NCBI GenBank assembly: GCA_951406725.2
Contig: OX597818.1
Coordinates: forward strand, 39,556,001-39,620,000
DNA: 64,000 nucleotides
Reading direction: 5' to 3'
From: Octopus vulgaris
Taxonomy: Eukaryota
The position numbers and the translations under genes are program-made. Positions 24,370-36,613 of the stretch are shown here, in pieces (positions within the stretch are counted from its first letter, which is position 1; every line of letters starts with the position of its first letter). The notes under the pieces were generated by a model. The model was not told the DNA's origin, ran no database searches, and worked only from the letters and a program-made list of their open reading frames with translations.

Positions 24370-26340
24370 AGATGTTGAAAAATAATAGTGGTGATGAACA
24401 TTACCTTACTTCAGTTTATGAGAGACAGGAATTTCCAAAGAACTCTGATTGTAACAGCGAAAATGAAGCTGGACCTTTAAGGGAAGGCCTCTCACTCGGC
24501 AGTGGATCAGTAAAGATGCTGACTGAACACAGCTGTCATCTTAATACAGCATCAACAAATAATAGAGCAAGGAGGAGGAAGTGGACCAGCAAAGAAAAGA
24601 GGATAGTGATACAGTGCTACATTATGTGGTAAAGTACCTGGAAGTCACAATCAAGAGGACTGGTGGTTCTGGGCAAAAGCTAATGACCATTTTTATTTGT
24701 CCTGTGCCTGATGCCTGATTCTTTAGTCTTTTTGCTGAGAAAGGTTGACATTGGTCGTAAGTGAAGACAACTAAGCCCTAAAGTCAACCATTTGTTATTT
24801 ATGGATGATCTGAAATTGTTTGGATAGGATCAGGCAAAAGTAGACTCATTGATCAAAAGAGCACACTTGTTCAGTAAGGACATAGGAATGGAGTTAAGGA
24901 TAAAGAAATGTTAAGTTCTAATACTTCAAAGAAGAAAGGTGATGAGAACTGAAGGTATGGAGCTATCAGATGGAAGTGTCATGAGGGACATTGAAGGGAT
25001 TGGATCATGGTGACTGACAGAATAAAAGAAAATGAGATGAAAATTTTACACAAGAAAGAGTACATGAGATGATTGTATTTGGTTCTCAAATCAAAATCAA
25101 CTGGAAGAAATAAAGCAACTGTCATAAACATTTGTGCTGTATCAGTACTATGACAAGGAGTGAGCCTACTTAAATGGTCAAAAGAAGAGATAAACCAGAT
25201 TGACGAAGAAAAGAGGAAGAACATGGCAATGTATGGAGTTTTACATCCTAAAAGTGATGGGCATAGGATATACTTACCACAAAAAAGTGCAGGAAGAGGT
25301 ATGATAGACTGTGAAGATTGCACAAAAGGTGGATGAAATAGTATTGGTTGGTATATTCGAAACAGCACAGAACCATTACTCATGGGAGTTAAATTAGCTG
25401 GGATCATAGAAACTGAGTTATGTACCAACAAAGAAAAGTTCAAGAAAGATGAAGCTGAAAAGAAGACTGCAGGGTTAAAAGACAAGGTGATGCACAGTCA
25501 GATCCTCAGAAATATGGATAAAGACTCTGATTTTGGGAAGGGCCTGAATGAGTAAGGGAAATTTGAAAACAGGTGGAGAAGCTCTTATTTGTGCTGCTTA
25601 AGAGCAAGCATTAAGAACTAACTATATAAACTTCCACAACAACGAAATGATTGAATTGCCATTGTGTAGAATGTGTGGGAAGTTTGGAGAAACCACAAGT
25701 CACAATGTGTGTGAATGTAGTGCTTTAGCACTGCAGGAGTACAAGAGATGACAATGTTGCTTGAATTGTATGTTGGGTTTTATGTAGAAAATACAACTTG
25801 GAATGAGCTGATAATGTTTTCCATTACCTATTGTAATGGAAAACAATATGGGGAAATTGCTATGGGATTTCAATGCACAATGTGACAATGTGATTGAAGC
25901 AAGAAGACCTGATTTGATCCTGATTGAGAAAGAAGACATTGCTGGATTATTGACATTGCTATTCCAGGAGATATCAGCATGGTAGAGAAGGACAAAGTGG
26001 ATTGGTACCAAGATTTGAAGCATGAGATAGCACATCTATGGGAACGGAGGAAATTGTAAGTTATACCTGTTGTGATAGGGACACTTGGAACCGTAACAAA
26101 CCAATTTCAGAATTGTGCAAACCAATTTCAGATGTGGCTTGGCAAGCTTGGGCTCATTATCAAGACTGAGCTTCTCCAGAAAACAACACTACTTGGAACA
26201 GCCAAGATTTTGAGAAGGGTTATGTCAATGTAATTGGAACGAGAAATTTGACACGACCCATGGTCATTAATTATGACTGTTATGACCCACTCCTGATCAA
26301 AAGATATCGACATACAATCGTTCTGAGACATGTGATAATA
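24370..26340 (+). mobile_element. Decayed R4/Dong-like LINE (N-terminus, RT domains 5-7, CCHC, RLE); further fragments at about 23470-23700, 23940-24260, 26620-27690 and 28985-29250
   Basis: Motifs include RRRKWTSKE, HLLFMDDLKLF, RIYLPQK..GRG, EQALRTNY, CRMCGK..ET, LLWDF, RRPDL and LQKTTLLGTAKILR. Confidence 0.85.
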
Positions 26341-26349
26341 ATGATAATT

Positions 26350-26600
26350 GTCTTGGTAATCATACTGTTTTGATGTAGACTTAGATATCTTAAGATTGAT
26401 TTCATCATCAAGAGTACTTTTAAAGTTTACTGTTCTTCTAAGATTTTTAAATGACCTGACCCATCTGAGTGGTTTATTTAAATCTTGAGTATGTTCTTTC
26501 CCAGGCTTTGGTTGGAATAAAACTTCAATCTTTTTAATGGTGTTGCATACAATACATGGGTTAACCAGAGAAATTGATTTGAGACTCAAATTAGAAAAAA
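26350..26600 (-). mobile_element. RTE (BovB-like) RT fragment
   Basis: Translation reads KKIEVLFQPKPG...VRSFKNL...TLDDEINLKISK. Confidence 0.6.
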
Positions 26601-27696
26601 TGTGCTAAGGTAAACTTGAAGAGAGAAAAATGAATTTAAAAAACATCAATGTCATGTTAAATAAATAAATTTAGATAAGAGAATTAGATAAAACACAGAC
26701 ATACTAATGTTTAGAAATCAATAAACTAGACAATGTCCTACACACAAAAACAAACGAAAAGGTTAAAAAGGAATATTATTGATACATAAAAATTAATGCT
26801 TAAAACAAATAAACAAATAAATAATTAATATGCTAATAGGCAACAATGCTTTAGCTACTCCAATTATAAGTTTTAGCTACACTATTTTTAACTGGATGTT
26901 TAGTGAATAAGCAGGAATGAACAAAAAGAGAAAACAAGTAAAGATTAAGAGTGCACCACCCAAGATCTGTTATAGAAATATATTTACCAAATGTAAAAGG
27001 GCTTTATACAGCTGAAAAGCTATCTTAAAATATCTGCTGTAGGACAGCAAAAATATCTAAAAAAGAATACAGTTAATACATAGAGATGCAAAACACAAAC
27101 AAAATGAAAAGCTGTTTTTCCATCTTCAAAGAAACCAATAAATACAATACAGAAGTTGAAATGACTGAAGAAGGAAATCCCCAAAGAAAAATGTCTCTAT
27201 GGAATGCCATGACAAAGTGAAAACACAAAAGCCTCAACATGGTCAATACTAGAAAAGGTTGAATAGGATAAGGCTAGGCTGAGACTGATGTGTTTTAAAG
27301 TATGACATAAAACTGAAGCCTGCCCCACCAGAAACCACCAAAAGCATGTGATATATTAAGAAACTATAGAATATATGTGAATAAAGAAACAATCACTTTG
27401 TTTCTAGCTGTTCAGTCTTAAATAAGAAATGCTGTATCTACAGATGCAGCAGAGTTGAAACTTATTTTAATTGAAAATTATGCCATTACCAACAAAAATA
27501 TCAGAAACAAAAAAAAAGATGTTATAAGCATATATGAGAAAAGTTCTTGGAGAATGAGAAGCAACCACATACAGGGATGTGCCTATTTATGCAAGCAGAG
27601 ATCTGAAAGCTAATTGACCAGGAATAGTTGTCAAGCAGTATCAAAAAAAATAAATTCCTCCTTATCAAATTCTAAGTCTCAACAGATGATAAGATA

Positions 27697-28979
27697 TCAG
27701 GTCATCCCATAAGTTCTGTCTGATTTTACCTTTTTTTAAATTGACTGAAATTTAATAGTATTTTAGAATGTCTAATGGAATTAGAAATTATTTTTATGCA
27801 TTTGTGTACATTTAAACTAATTAAATATTATTTTACAGAATAATAGAAGTAAAATTTCTTTGATTAAAACCCTTTTTAACATGGAAGTACCCAAAGAGCA
27901 TTTAAGGCACATAATGCTTTATGAGTACAAAAAAGGAAACTCTGCACCCAAAGCAACTCGAAACATACACGCAGTTTATGGGAAAGAATGCTTGAATGAA
28001 AGAACTTGCAGAAGATGTTTTGCAAAATTCAGAAGTGGAGATTTCAGCCTTAAAGATGAAGATCAAACAGGACGTCCAGTTGAGTTTGATGATAAGCTCC
28101 TTGAGGCATTACTTGAAGAAATTCCTGCATTATCAGTTGAAGAATTGGCAATAAAGCTTAGTTCAAACAATGCAACTGTTCATCATCATCTTCAACAGTT
28201 TGGAAAGGTTCCTAAACTTGGAAAATGGGTGCCTCATGAATTGTCCAAAAGCAACTGCAAATCCCGAGTTGACATCTGCTCTTCTCTCCATTCTCACAAA
28301 CTCATTTCACCCTTTTTGGATAGACTTGTAACTGGTGATGAAAAATGGACCTTCTATCAAAGTGTTAAACGTCGTAAACAGTGGCTTGGTAAAAGAGAAA
28401 AAGCTCAACCACAACCAAGAAGGAAACTTCATGGAAAAAAGATTCTTCTCTCTATCTGGTGGGATTGCAAAGGAGTAATTCACTTTGAATTGTTACCACC
28501 TAATGCAACAATCAATGCTCAAGTCTACTGTCAGTAATTAGAGCATTTGAACCAAGCTTTGAAGAAAAAGACCCACTTTAGTGAATCGAAAAGGAGTGAT
28601 ATATCATCAGGACAATGCGCAACCCCACACTACAAAGATCACGTCACAGAAGATCGAAGAGCTTGATTGGGAAAAAATTCCTCATCCACCATATTCTCCT
28701 GACCTTGCTCCTTCAGGCTATCATTTGTTTCGTAGTTTACAGAATCATTTGGGGGAGATAACTTTCACAAGCCAGGAGGAGGTCGAAACTGACATTTCAG
28801 AGTTCTTCACTTTGAAACCAAAAGAGTTTTACATTGATGGGATTAAAAAGTTTGTAAATAGATGGAAGGAAGTCATAGATAATCAGGAAAAGTACATTGA
28901 TGATTAAATTTCAATTCAATATAACATTTGACCACTTTTCTTTATTCAAAATTCAGACAGAACTTATGGGATGACCTGA
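27697..28979 (+). mobile_element. Full-length mariner (Tc1/mariner) DNA transposon, 1283 bp
   Basis: Perfect 27-bp TIRs TCAGGTCATCCCATAAGTTCTGTCTGA lie at 27697-27723 and 28953-28979, with TA duplicated on both sides. Confidence 0.97.
27881..28907 (+). pseudogene. Inactivated mariner D,D34D transposase
   Basis: Motifs are WVPHEL, TGDEKW, HQDNA and YSPDLAPSGY (third Asp changed to Gly). There is an in-frame stop at 28535-28537 and a frameshift near 28570. Confidence 0.95.
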
Positions 28980-29949
28980 TATTTTGAAAAGAAATGTAGA
29001 AATTATTGAAACTATAAAGATCTGGAAATAAAGATGACCCTTATAGGGATGCCAAAAAACAGAATCAATCCTTTAATAATTGGTGCCTTGTTAATGATAA
29101 AAATTCAGGACTTACAAATATGCACAACACACAGAAAATAGCATTACTTGACACCATACTCATAAAGGATATTCAAAAGAAAAGAAACAACAAAGCCAAA
29201 ACTAAATAAATACCCAAGGCACTCACACAACAAAAATAATGCCATTGAATGAAAATTGTTTTTTAATTTAGGCACAAGGATTGAAATGTGGGTCAAGGAA
29301 TTAATAGATACCATCAAACCCAGTATTAGACATGTATTTTATTTGATTGACTTCCAAAGAATGAAAAGTAAGGTTGACCTAGGCTGGATTTGAACTCAGA
29401 ACATAAAATGACAGAATAAATACAAGGCATTTTGTCCCATGCACTAATGGTTTAGCTAGTCCGACTTTAGCATGCTTAGACAAATCATACTACTGTATGG
29501 GTTTTCTCTTCTGTAGCTGCAGGTGTATTTATGTTGCACTGAGAGGGGAGAAAACTTGTATGGTGACATGATTCACCAGTAGTATCATCATCATCATCAT
29601 CGTTGTCAGCGTTTAACGTCCACTTTCCACGCTGCCATGGGATGGACAGTTTGACTGGGGGCAAGTAAGCCAGAAGGGTGCACCAAGCTCCCATCAATCT
29701 GGCAAAGTTTCTACAGCTGGATGCCCTTCCCAATGCCAACCACTCTGAGTGTGTAGTGGGTGCTTTTTATGTGACACCAGCATGAGAGCCAGTCAGGCGG
29801 CACTGGCATTGACCAGGCTTGAATAGTGCTTTTTACGTGCTGCCGGCATGTGAGCCAGTTAAGTGGCACTGGCAATGACCACACTCAAATGGTGATTTTT
29901 ACGTGCCACCAGCACAGAACCAGTCAGCCAGCACTGGCATTGACACAGA

Positions 29950-30520
29950 ACATTGGCAAATTTTTTCTTTGCTGCTTCCCCTCTGGCTAAATAAACCTAT
30001 CTTCTAGCTTCCCTTCTGACAGTTTGATACAAATCCCTGTTACTACCATTCTTCCAGTCCTTCCATACCTGTTACTTTTCCCAAATGGCAAGAAGGTGCC
30101 CTAAAATCGGTCATTCTGTTCATCAGGTAGCCCCAGTTGAGGGGCATAAACCAACATAATGGCTGTTAACCCATGTTGCAGCACTAATCTAATTTTAAGT
30201 ATTCTAGTACAGACTCTGACTACCTTGATTACCTTATCAGCCCATTTCTCTGCAAGAGGTATACCAATGCCCCCGACCCTGTCAATGTTCCCTGCCCAGA
30301 AAATCTTATATCTATGTTTTTTGCCTGTGAGGAACCTAGCAAAACTTCCTCTCCACCTTACTTCTTGGATGCAGCACAAATCTACATGTCTCTGTTCAAG
30401 CATCTCAACAATCTCACCAGACCTACCTTTCAGTCTGCCAACATCAAGTGTGCTAACTCTGAGGGTGTGGGAAGTGTGGGCCCAAGAGACCCTGGGATGG
30501 GAGACAGCAGTATCATGTAC
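29950..30520 (-). mobile_element. RTE endonuclease fragment related to the 16-20 kb element
   Basis: Translation reads GRSGEIVEMLEQRHVDLCCIQEVRWRG...VYAPQLGLPD. Confidence 0.9.
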
Positions 30521-31002
30521 CTGAAAAGAAAGCTTGCATTTGGCAGAATTCATAAATATACAATAGCCTTCAACCTGCATACACTGCACCATCATTTTCA
30601 TGCACTACATTATCACTACATTACATAGGAGATAAACCCTAAGTAGGGATGGGGGAACATTAAGCCTTTGGAAGTGTTCATGGGAAAGACGCCCGGTAGA
30701 GGTCAGAGGATAGAGACTTCCGGTACAGGTGGTGAGGGTGGGAAAGGCAGGTGCACTTTGAAACAGGAAAAACTCAGGCTGCTGGTGTGAGAGAATATTG
30801 ATGATAATAATGAGATAGAATTGGGCATTTGGATTTTGTAACTAGAGCTATAACCAAGAATGTTTGGTCAGCCAAACTGTGACAAAATGAGACAAATGAA
30901 TGAATAAGTGACAATAATAAATGAGCATGAAAGAGAGGGAGAAAGAGGGAGAGTTGGATCAAGTGAAACTGTGTTTACATAGATAGAGAGAGAGAGATTG
31001 AT

Positions 31003-31061
<59 letters not shown>

Positions 31062-31062
31062 T

Positions 31063-31120
<58 letters not shown>

Positions 31121-31739
31121 GAAATAGATAGAATAATGAAATGAACTAAGGTAATTATGATCTGCGCTGAAAAAAGAGAGGTGATGGTAAAGGTTAATAA
31201 TTGTTTCTAATTTAAGCACAAAGCCAGTCATTTTAGGGACTGGGATTAGCTGATTACATCAACCACAATATATGACTGATATTTTATTTTGAACATATAA
31301 ATTATCCAATCCAAATTTCCCTGTAATATACAGATTGGCTTACACTTGTCAATTGGCTGTCACACTGCTTCAGCTGTCTTTTCCATCCACTCTCTAAGAC
31401 AATATTGAGAGTGTAGTAATTAATGAAAAAGCAAGTACATTCAATGCCTATAAGCACAGGATGTACATAGTAGCTTTGTATATTGATAGGATGTTGTGTT
31501 TTCATGTAAAATGCTTTGTTATATTGATTTTGCTCTGAGAATTACATTAATGGTGACATGAGTCTGTAGAATGTTCAACCACTTTGATGCTAATTCAATG
31601 AAGAAGTACTTCAGTTGATCAAACAACTGGATACTTATTGGTGAAACTGATGGAAATTCATTCATACATATATGTATGTCGCCATGATAGATCGTTAGCC
31701 ACTACACACATTTTTCTCTCCTTGCTTTTTTCTGTGTCC

Positions 31740-31775
31740 CTTTCTGTAGAAGAGTGTAGGCTCGAAACGTAAAAG
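31740..31775 (+). ncRNA. Hammerhead-like motif with CUGUAGA core in a roughly 190-bp repeat (second copy 48815-48850)
   Basis: CTTT-CTGTAGA-A-GAGT gtag GCTC-GAAA-CG-TA-AAAG has stems I and II and the ACGT palindrome, but A6 is U. Confidence 0.5.
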
Positions 31776-32138
31776 ACTTTTTCTATTCCTGAACGTTATA
31801 CTAATACATCTGTTTGTTTTGTACACCACCTGTCTTCGTCTTTTGTTTTTTTTGTAAACTCTCCCTGTATGTGCCTGTACATTTGTGTGTGTGTGTGTGT
31901 ATGTGCATGCATTTGTAAACGTGTGCGTGAGTATGTCATTCGAAGGTCAAGTGATGCAAACACATCTGATGAGACCACAATAAAGTGGTTATAACATGTT
32001 ATTCTTGCACCTTGGGAATAATCTAATCAAAGGATCTTGGGAATAATCTTATAACTGATGAAACCATCAACACCAAATACCATGTTATGTTCTTGTGTAT
32101 AGACTTAGACTGATTTTTAAATTAATAGCAATACTTAC

Positions 32139-32330
32139 ATCAATTTGTGACATGTTCGTCATGGAAGAGTTATGGCTTGTAGTGAACTGATAGATCTCTC
32201 CATTTCTTGAAAATGTGGACATGTCAACTTGACTAGCAGCATCTGAATGGGTACGCAGTATTTTGTTAAACATTTCATCATCATTTGAACCGTACTTTCT
32301 TTCCAAGTTATCTGCTTCAGTATCGGCGGC
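32139..32330 (-). CDS. Internal coding exon of host gene, 192 nt, phase 0/0 (AADTEADNLERKYGSNDDEMFNKILRTH...NMSQID)
   Basis: The acceptor is ...ttgaatAG|GCC and the donor GAT|GTAAGT is a perfect consensus. The 64 codons are open and the sequence is non-repetitive. Confidence 0.7.
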
Positions 32331-33336
32331 CTATTCAATAGATATACATGGGTAAAAATTAACGGTACAATTTTTTAAGAGCTCAGAGACAAAAATAAAA
32401 ATCTCCCAAAATCAAAATTGAATTAATATTACAATCAGGTAAGGTGGTACACTGGCAAAATTGTTAGCATGATGGACAAAGTGTTAAGTGACATTTCATT
32501 TGTCTTTGTGTTCTGAGTTCAAATCCCACTGAAGTCAACTTTGCCTTTCATCCTTTCAGGGTTTGGTAAAATAAGTACCAGTGGAGCGCTGGGGGATTGG
32601 TGTAATCGACTTTGCCCTCCCCTTAAAACTGCTGGCCTTGTGCCAAAATTTGAAACTAATATTACAATCAGTCATGTTATTGAAATCTTAGTCTTTAGGT
32701 GCAGGAGTGGCTGTGTGGTAAGTAGCTTGCTTACCAACCACATGGTTCTGGGTTCATTCCCACTGCATGGCACCTTAGGCAAGTGTCTTCTGCTATAGCC
32801 TCAGGCTGACCAAAGCCTTGTGAGTGGATTTGGTAGACGGAAACTGAAAGAAGTCTATCATATATATGTATATCTATATGTATGTGTGTATATATGTTTG
32901 TGTGTCTGTGTTTGTTCACCCAACATCGCTTGACAACCGATGCTGGTGTGTTTATGTCCCCGTAACTTAGTGGTTCGGCAAAAGAGACCGATAGAATAAG
33001 TACTAGGCTTACAAAGAATATGTCCTGGGGTCGATTTGCTCGACTAAAGGCGGTGCTCCAGCATGGCCACAGTCAAATGACTGAAACAAGTAAAAGAGAA
33101 AAAAAAAGAGGTTGGTTTCTGCTACATCACACTGCAAACAGCTTTATAGTCTTTCCATGCATTCTTTAATTTGTATATTTAAACCTCTTGAGTAAAAATA
33201 GGAGAGTTGTTTATTCTTGGCAAAAATCTAGAAGAAGCAGTGGAAGATCTCAATCAAAATCAACCAAATGGAATTGATTTTGTTTAATAGAAAATTAAAA
33301 TAAAAACATAAAAAACAATCTATGACAGTGAGTAGA

Positions 33337-33367
<31 letters not shown>

Positions 33368-33368
33368 A

Positions 33369-35265
33369 ATCAAATCAAACCAAATCAAAATAGATGAACA
33401 TCAATGGAATTTGTATCTTTGTGGTTCCAGTACCGGTGGCACTCAAGAAAACCATCCGAACGTGGCCGTAGCCAGTACCGCATCGACTGGCCTCCGTGCT
33501 GTGGGCACAACAAACACCATCTGATCGTGGCCGTTCGCCAGCCTCATCTGGCACCTGTGTCGGTGGCACATAAAAACACCATCCAAAGACCCGGCGACGT
33601 AGTCAGTCCACCTGTGCATACCTTCCCTCTTATGACACTTGTGAAGACCTGTTGAGGCAAGTGTGTGACACTTGTGAAGACCTGTTGAGGCAGAGGCAAG
33701 TGTGTGACACTTTGTGAAGACCTGTTGAGGCAGAGGCAAGTGTGTGACACTTGTGGAGACGTGTTGAGGCAAGTGTGTGACACGTGTGACACTTGTGAAG
33801 ACCTGTTGAGGCAAGTGAAAATCAAACCAAATCAAAATAGATGAACATCAATGGAATTTGTATCTTTGTGGTTCCAGTACCGGTGGCACACAAGAAAACC
33901 ATCCGATCGTGGCCGTTCGCCAGCCTCATCTGGCACCTGTGTCGGTGGCACATAAAAACACCATCCGAAGACCCGGCGATGTAGTCAGTCCACCTGTGCA
34001 TACCTTCCTACTTATGACACTTGTGAAGACCTGTTGAGGCAAGTGAAAATCAAAATCAAAATCAAATCAAATCAAATCAAACCAAATCAAAATAGATGAA
34101 CATCAATGGAATTTGTATCTTTGTGGTACCAGTACCGGTGGCACACAAGAAAACCATCCGAACGTGGCCGTAGCCAGTACCGCATCGACTGGCCTCTGTG
34201 ATGTGGGCACATAACAAACACCATCCGATCGTGGCCGTCCGCCAGCCTCATCTGGCACCTGTGTCGGTGGCACATAAAAACACCAACCGAAGACCCGGCA
34301 AGACTAGTCAGGCCATAACCCATGGCCCCTACTTGGGACGTAGTCAGTCCACCTGTGCATACCTTCCTTCCTTCTTGTGACACTTGTGAAGACCTGTGAA
34401 GACCTGTTGAGGCAAGTGAAAATCAAATCAAATCAAATCAAAATAGATGAACATCAATGGAATTTGTATCTTTGTGGTACCAGTACCGGTGGCACACAAG
34501 AAAACCATCCGAACGTGTCCGTAGCCAGTACCGCATCGACTGGCCTCCGTGCTGTGGGCACGCAACAAACACCATCCGATCGTGGCCGTTCGCCAGCCTC
34601 ATCTGGCACCTGTGTCGGTGGCACATAAAAACACCATCCGAAGACCTGGCAAGACTAGTCAGGCCATAACCCGTGGCCCCTACCTGGGACGTAGTCAGTC
34701 CACCTGTGCATACCTTCCTTCTTGTGACACTTGTGAAGACCTGTTGAGGCAAGTGAAAATCAAATCAAATCAAAACAAATCAAAATAGATGAACATCAAT
34801 GGAATTTGTATCTTTGTGGTACCAGTGCCGGTGGCACACAAGAAAATCATCCGAACGTGGCCGTAGCCAGTACCGCATAGACTGGCCTCCGTGCTTTGGG
34901 GACGTAACAAACACCATCCGATCGTGGCCGTCCGCCAGCCTCATCTGGCACCTGTGTCGGTGGCACATAAAAACACCATCCGAGCGTGGCCGTCTGCCAG
35001 CCTCGTCTGGCACCTGTGTCGGTGGCACATAAAAACACCATCCGAGCGTGGCCGTTCGCCAGCCTCGTCTGGCACCTGTGTCGGTGGCACATAAAATCAC
35101 CCACTACACTCTCGGAGTGGTTGGCGTTAGGAAGGGCATCCAGCTGTAGAAACACTGCCAGATCTGACTGGCCTGGTGCAGCCTTCGGGCTCCCCAGACC
35201 CCAGTTGAACCGTCCAACCCATGCTAGCATGGAAAACGGACGCTAAATGATGATGATGATGATGA
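33369..35265 (+). repeat. Higher-order tandem array of RTE-tail modules (five units starting with (CAAAT)n; internal minisatellite of about 30 bp at 33633-33815)
   Basis: The block CAAAATAGATGAACATCAATGGAATTTG recurs five times, and the array ends with the (GAT)n tail. Confidence 0.92.
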
Positions 35266-36613
35266 TATATATAGCCTACACCAGTTTCATATAATCAGCC
35301 CCAGCCCATTCAAAGTACCTTGGATTGCAGGATGGCCTGCTGTGCTTACCCTGGATCGTAGGGCAACCTGCTGTGCTTGAGGAGACCTATTGAGTCAAGT
35401 ACATCAATATCAAAATAAAAATCAAATGGAAATTGTAGTTGTGATACCAGTGCCGGTGGCATGTAAAAAGCACCATCCAAATGTAGCCAATGCCAGCGCC
35501 GCCTTGACTGGCTTCTGTACTGGTGATACATAAAAAGCACCAACCGATTGTGGTCGTTGCCAGCCTCTCTAAAACAGGCTAGATGAAAGGAGGCAGCAGA
35601 GAACTATACCAAGCAGCTGGAAGAAAGCTATACTTAACAAGACAAGATGCAGAAAGTAAGAGATTTATCAATGCTCTTTAACATGAAGATCAGAGGTATG
35701 AGGTGTTGGAGACTGCAAGGCTGATTACTAGAGAGAATTGAGACATTGTGGGAAAAAAAGTGTGTGTGGAATAACAGTGTCATATTTGCTATTACGGACA
35801 TTGAAAATAAAGGGGTGTTAAAGGCTGTTAAATGAGGAGGAAGAGGGTACAAGCACATGTTGAAAGTTGGCCCATTCACAAATTGTAGTGAATTGTAAAC
35901 ATGAGGGGAAGCAGAAACAGAATGAAGAGGAGATGACTCTGTGAAGATTGAAGCCAATTATCTAGGTGACAACAATTCTAATAATAACTCTTAGATAACA
36001 AGAACAATGAGACAGGATAACCAGTGTTTGAAATGCTTGAAATTACCATGTCAACAAAGCAGGACAAACCTTTGAGTTTGCATCAGCAATCAGACATTTC
36101 ATTTCAAATGTCACCTCCCCACCTTTCCACCTGTTTCAGTAAGATGACTTCAGGCCATCAAGTGAGCCTCTGTATGTTTGCTCAATTTGCTAGAAATAGC
36201 AGTTTAATTCATTTTAAATCACATGCTCTCAAATTGAAAAAAGAAAGGATACGATGGATATCCTGAAAAGAACAGCAGAGTCTTGGATCAATCACCTTTC
36301 ATAGCAGATCAAGGCTGGCCTGGATTTAAACAATAACAACAACAAGATGGTAACTGTATGGAACTGAAAGAAATAGTAACCAAATCACTCTCAAATCCTA
36401 CCATTTTACTTTGCTAAGTCAGATGACAGCAGTGCTCTCCTAACTGGGAGTAAAGATGCAGTAAGTTATCTTGTGACCAGAGACCTGGCCTTAATGCTTA
36501 CCACAGAATGGACTCAGTTAAAGGAACCCAAGAATCAGGTGTTGTGTTAAAGTGAACGACAGATATATACTGATTACCTTTTTTCCTGTTTGCAAACACA
36601 AACATTCACTAAA

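Noticed and set aside
33369-35265. CRISPR-like repeat-spacer appearance of the GTGCCGGTGGCAC modules
   Set aside because: The spacers are homologous to each other, there are no cas genes, and the DNA is eukaryotic. The module is part of a LINE 3' UTR.
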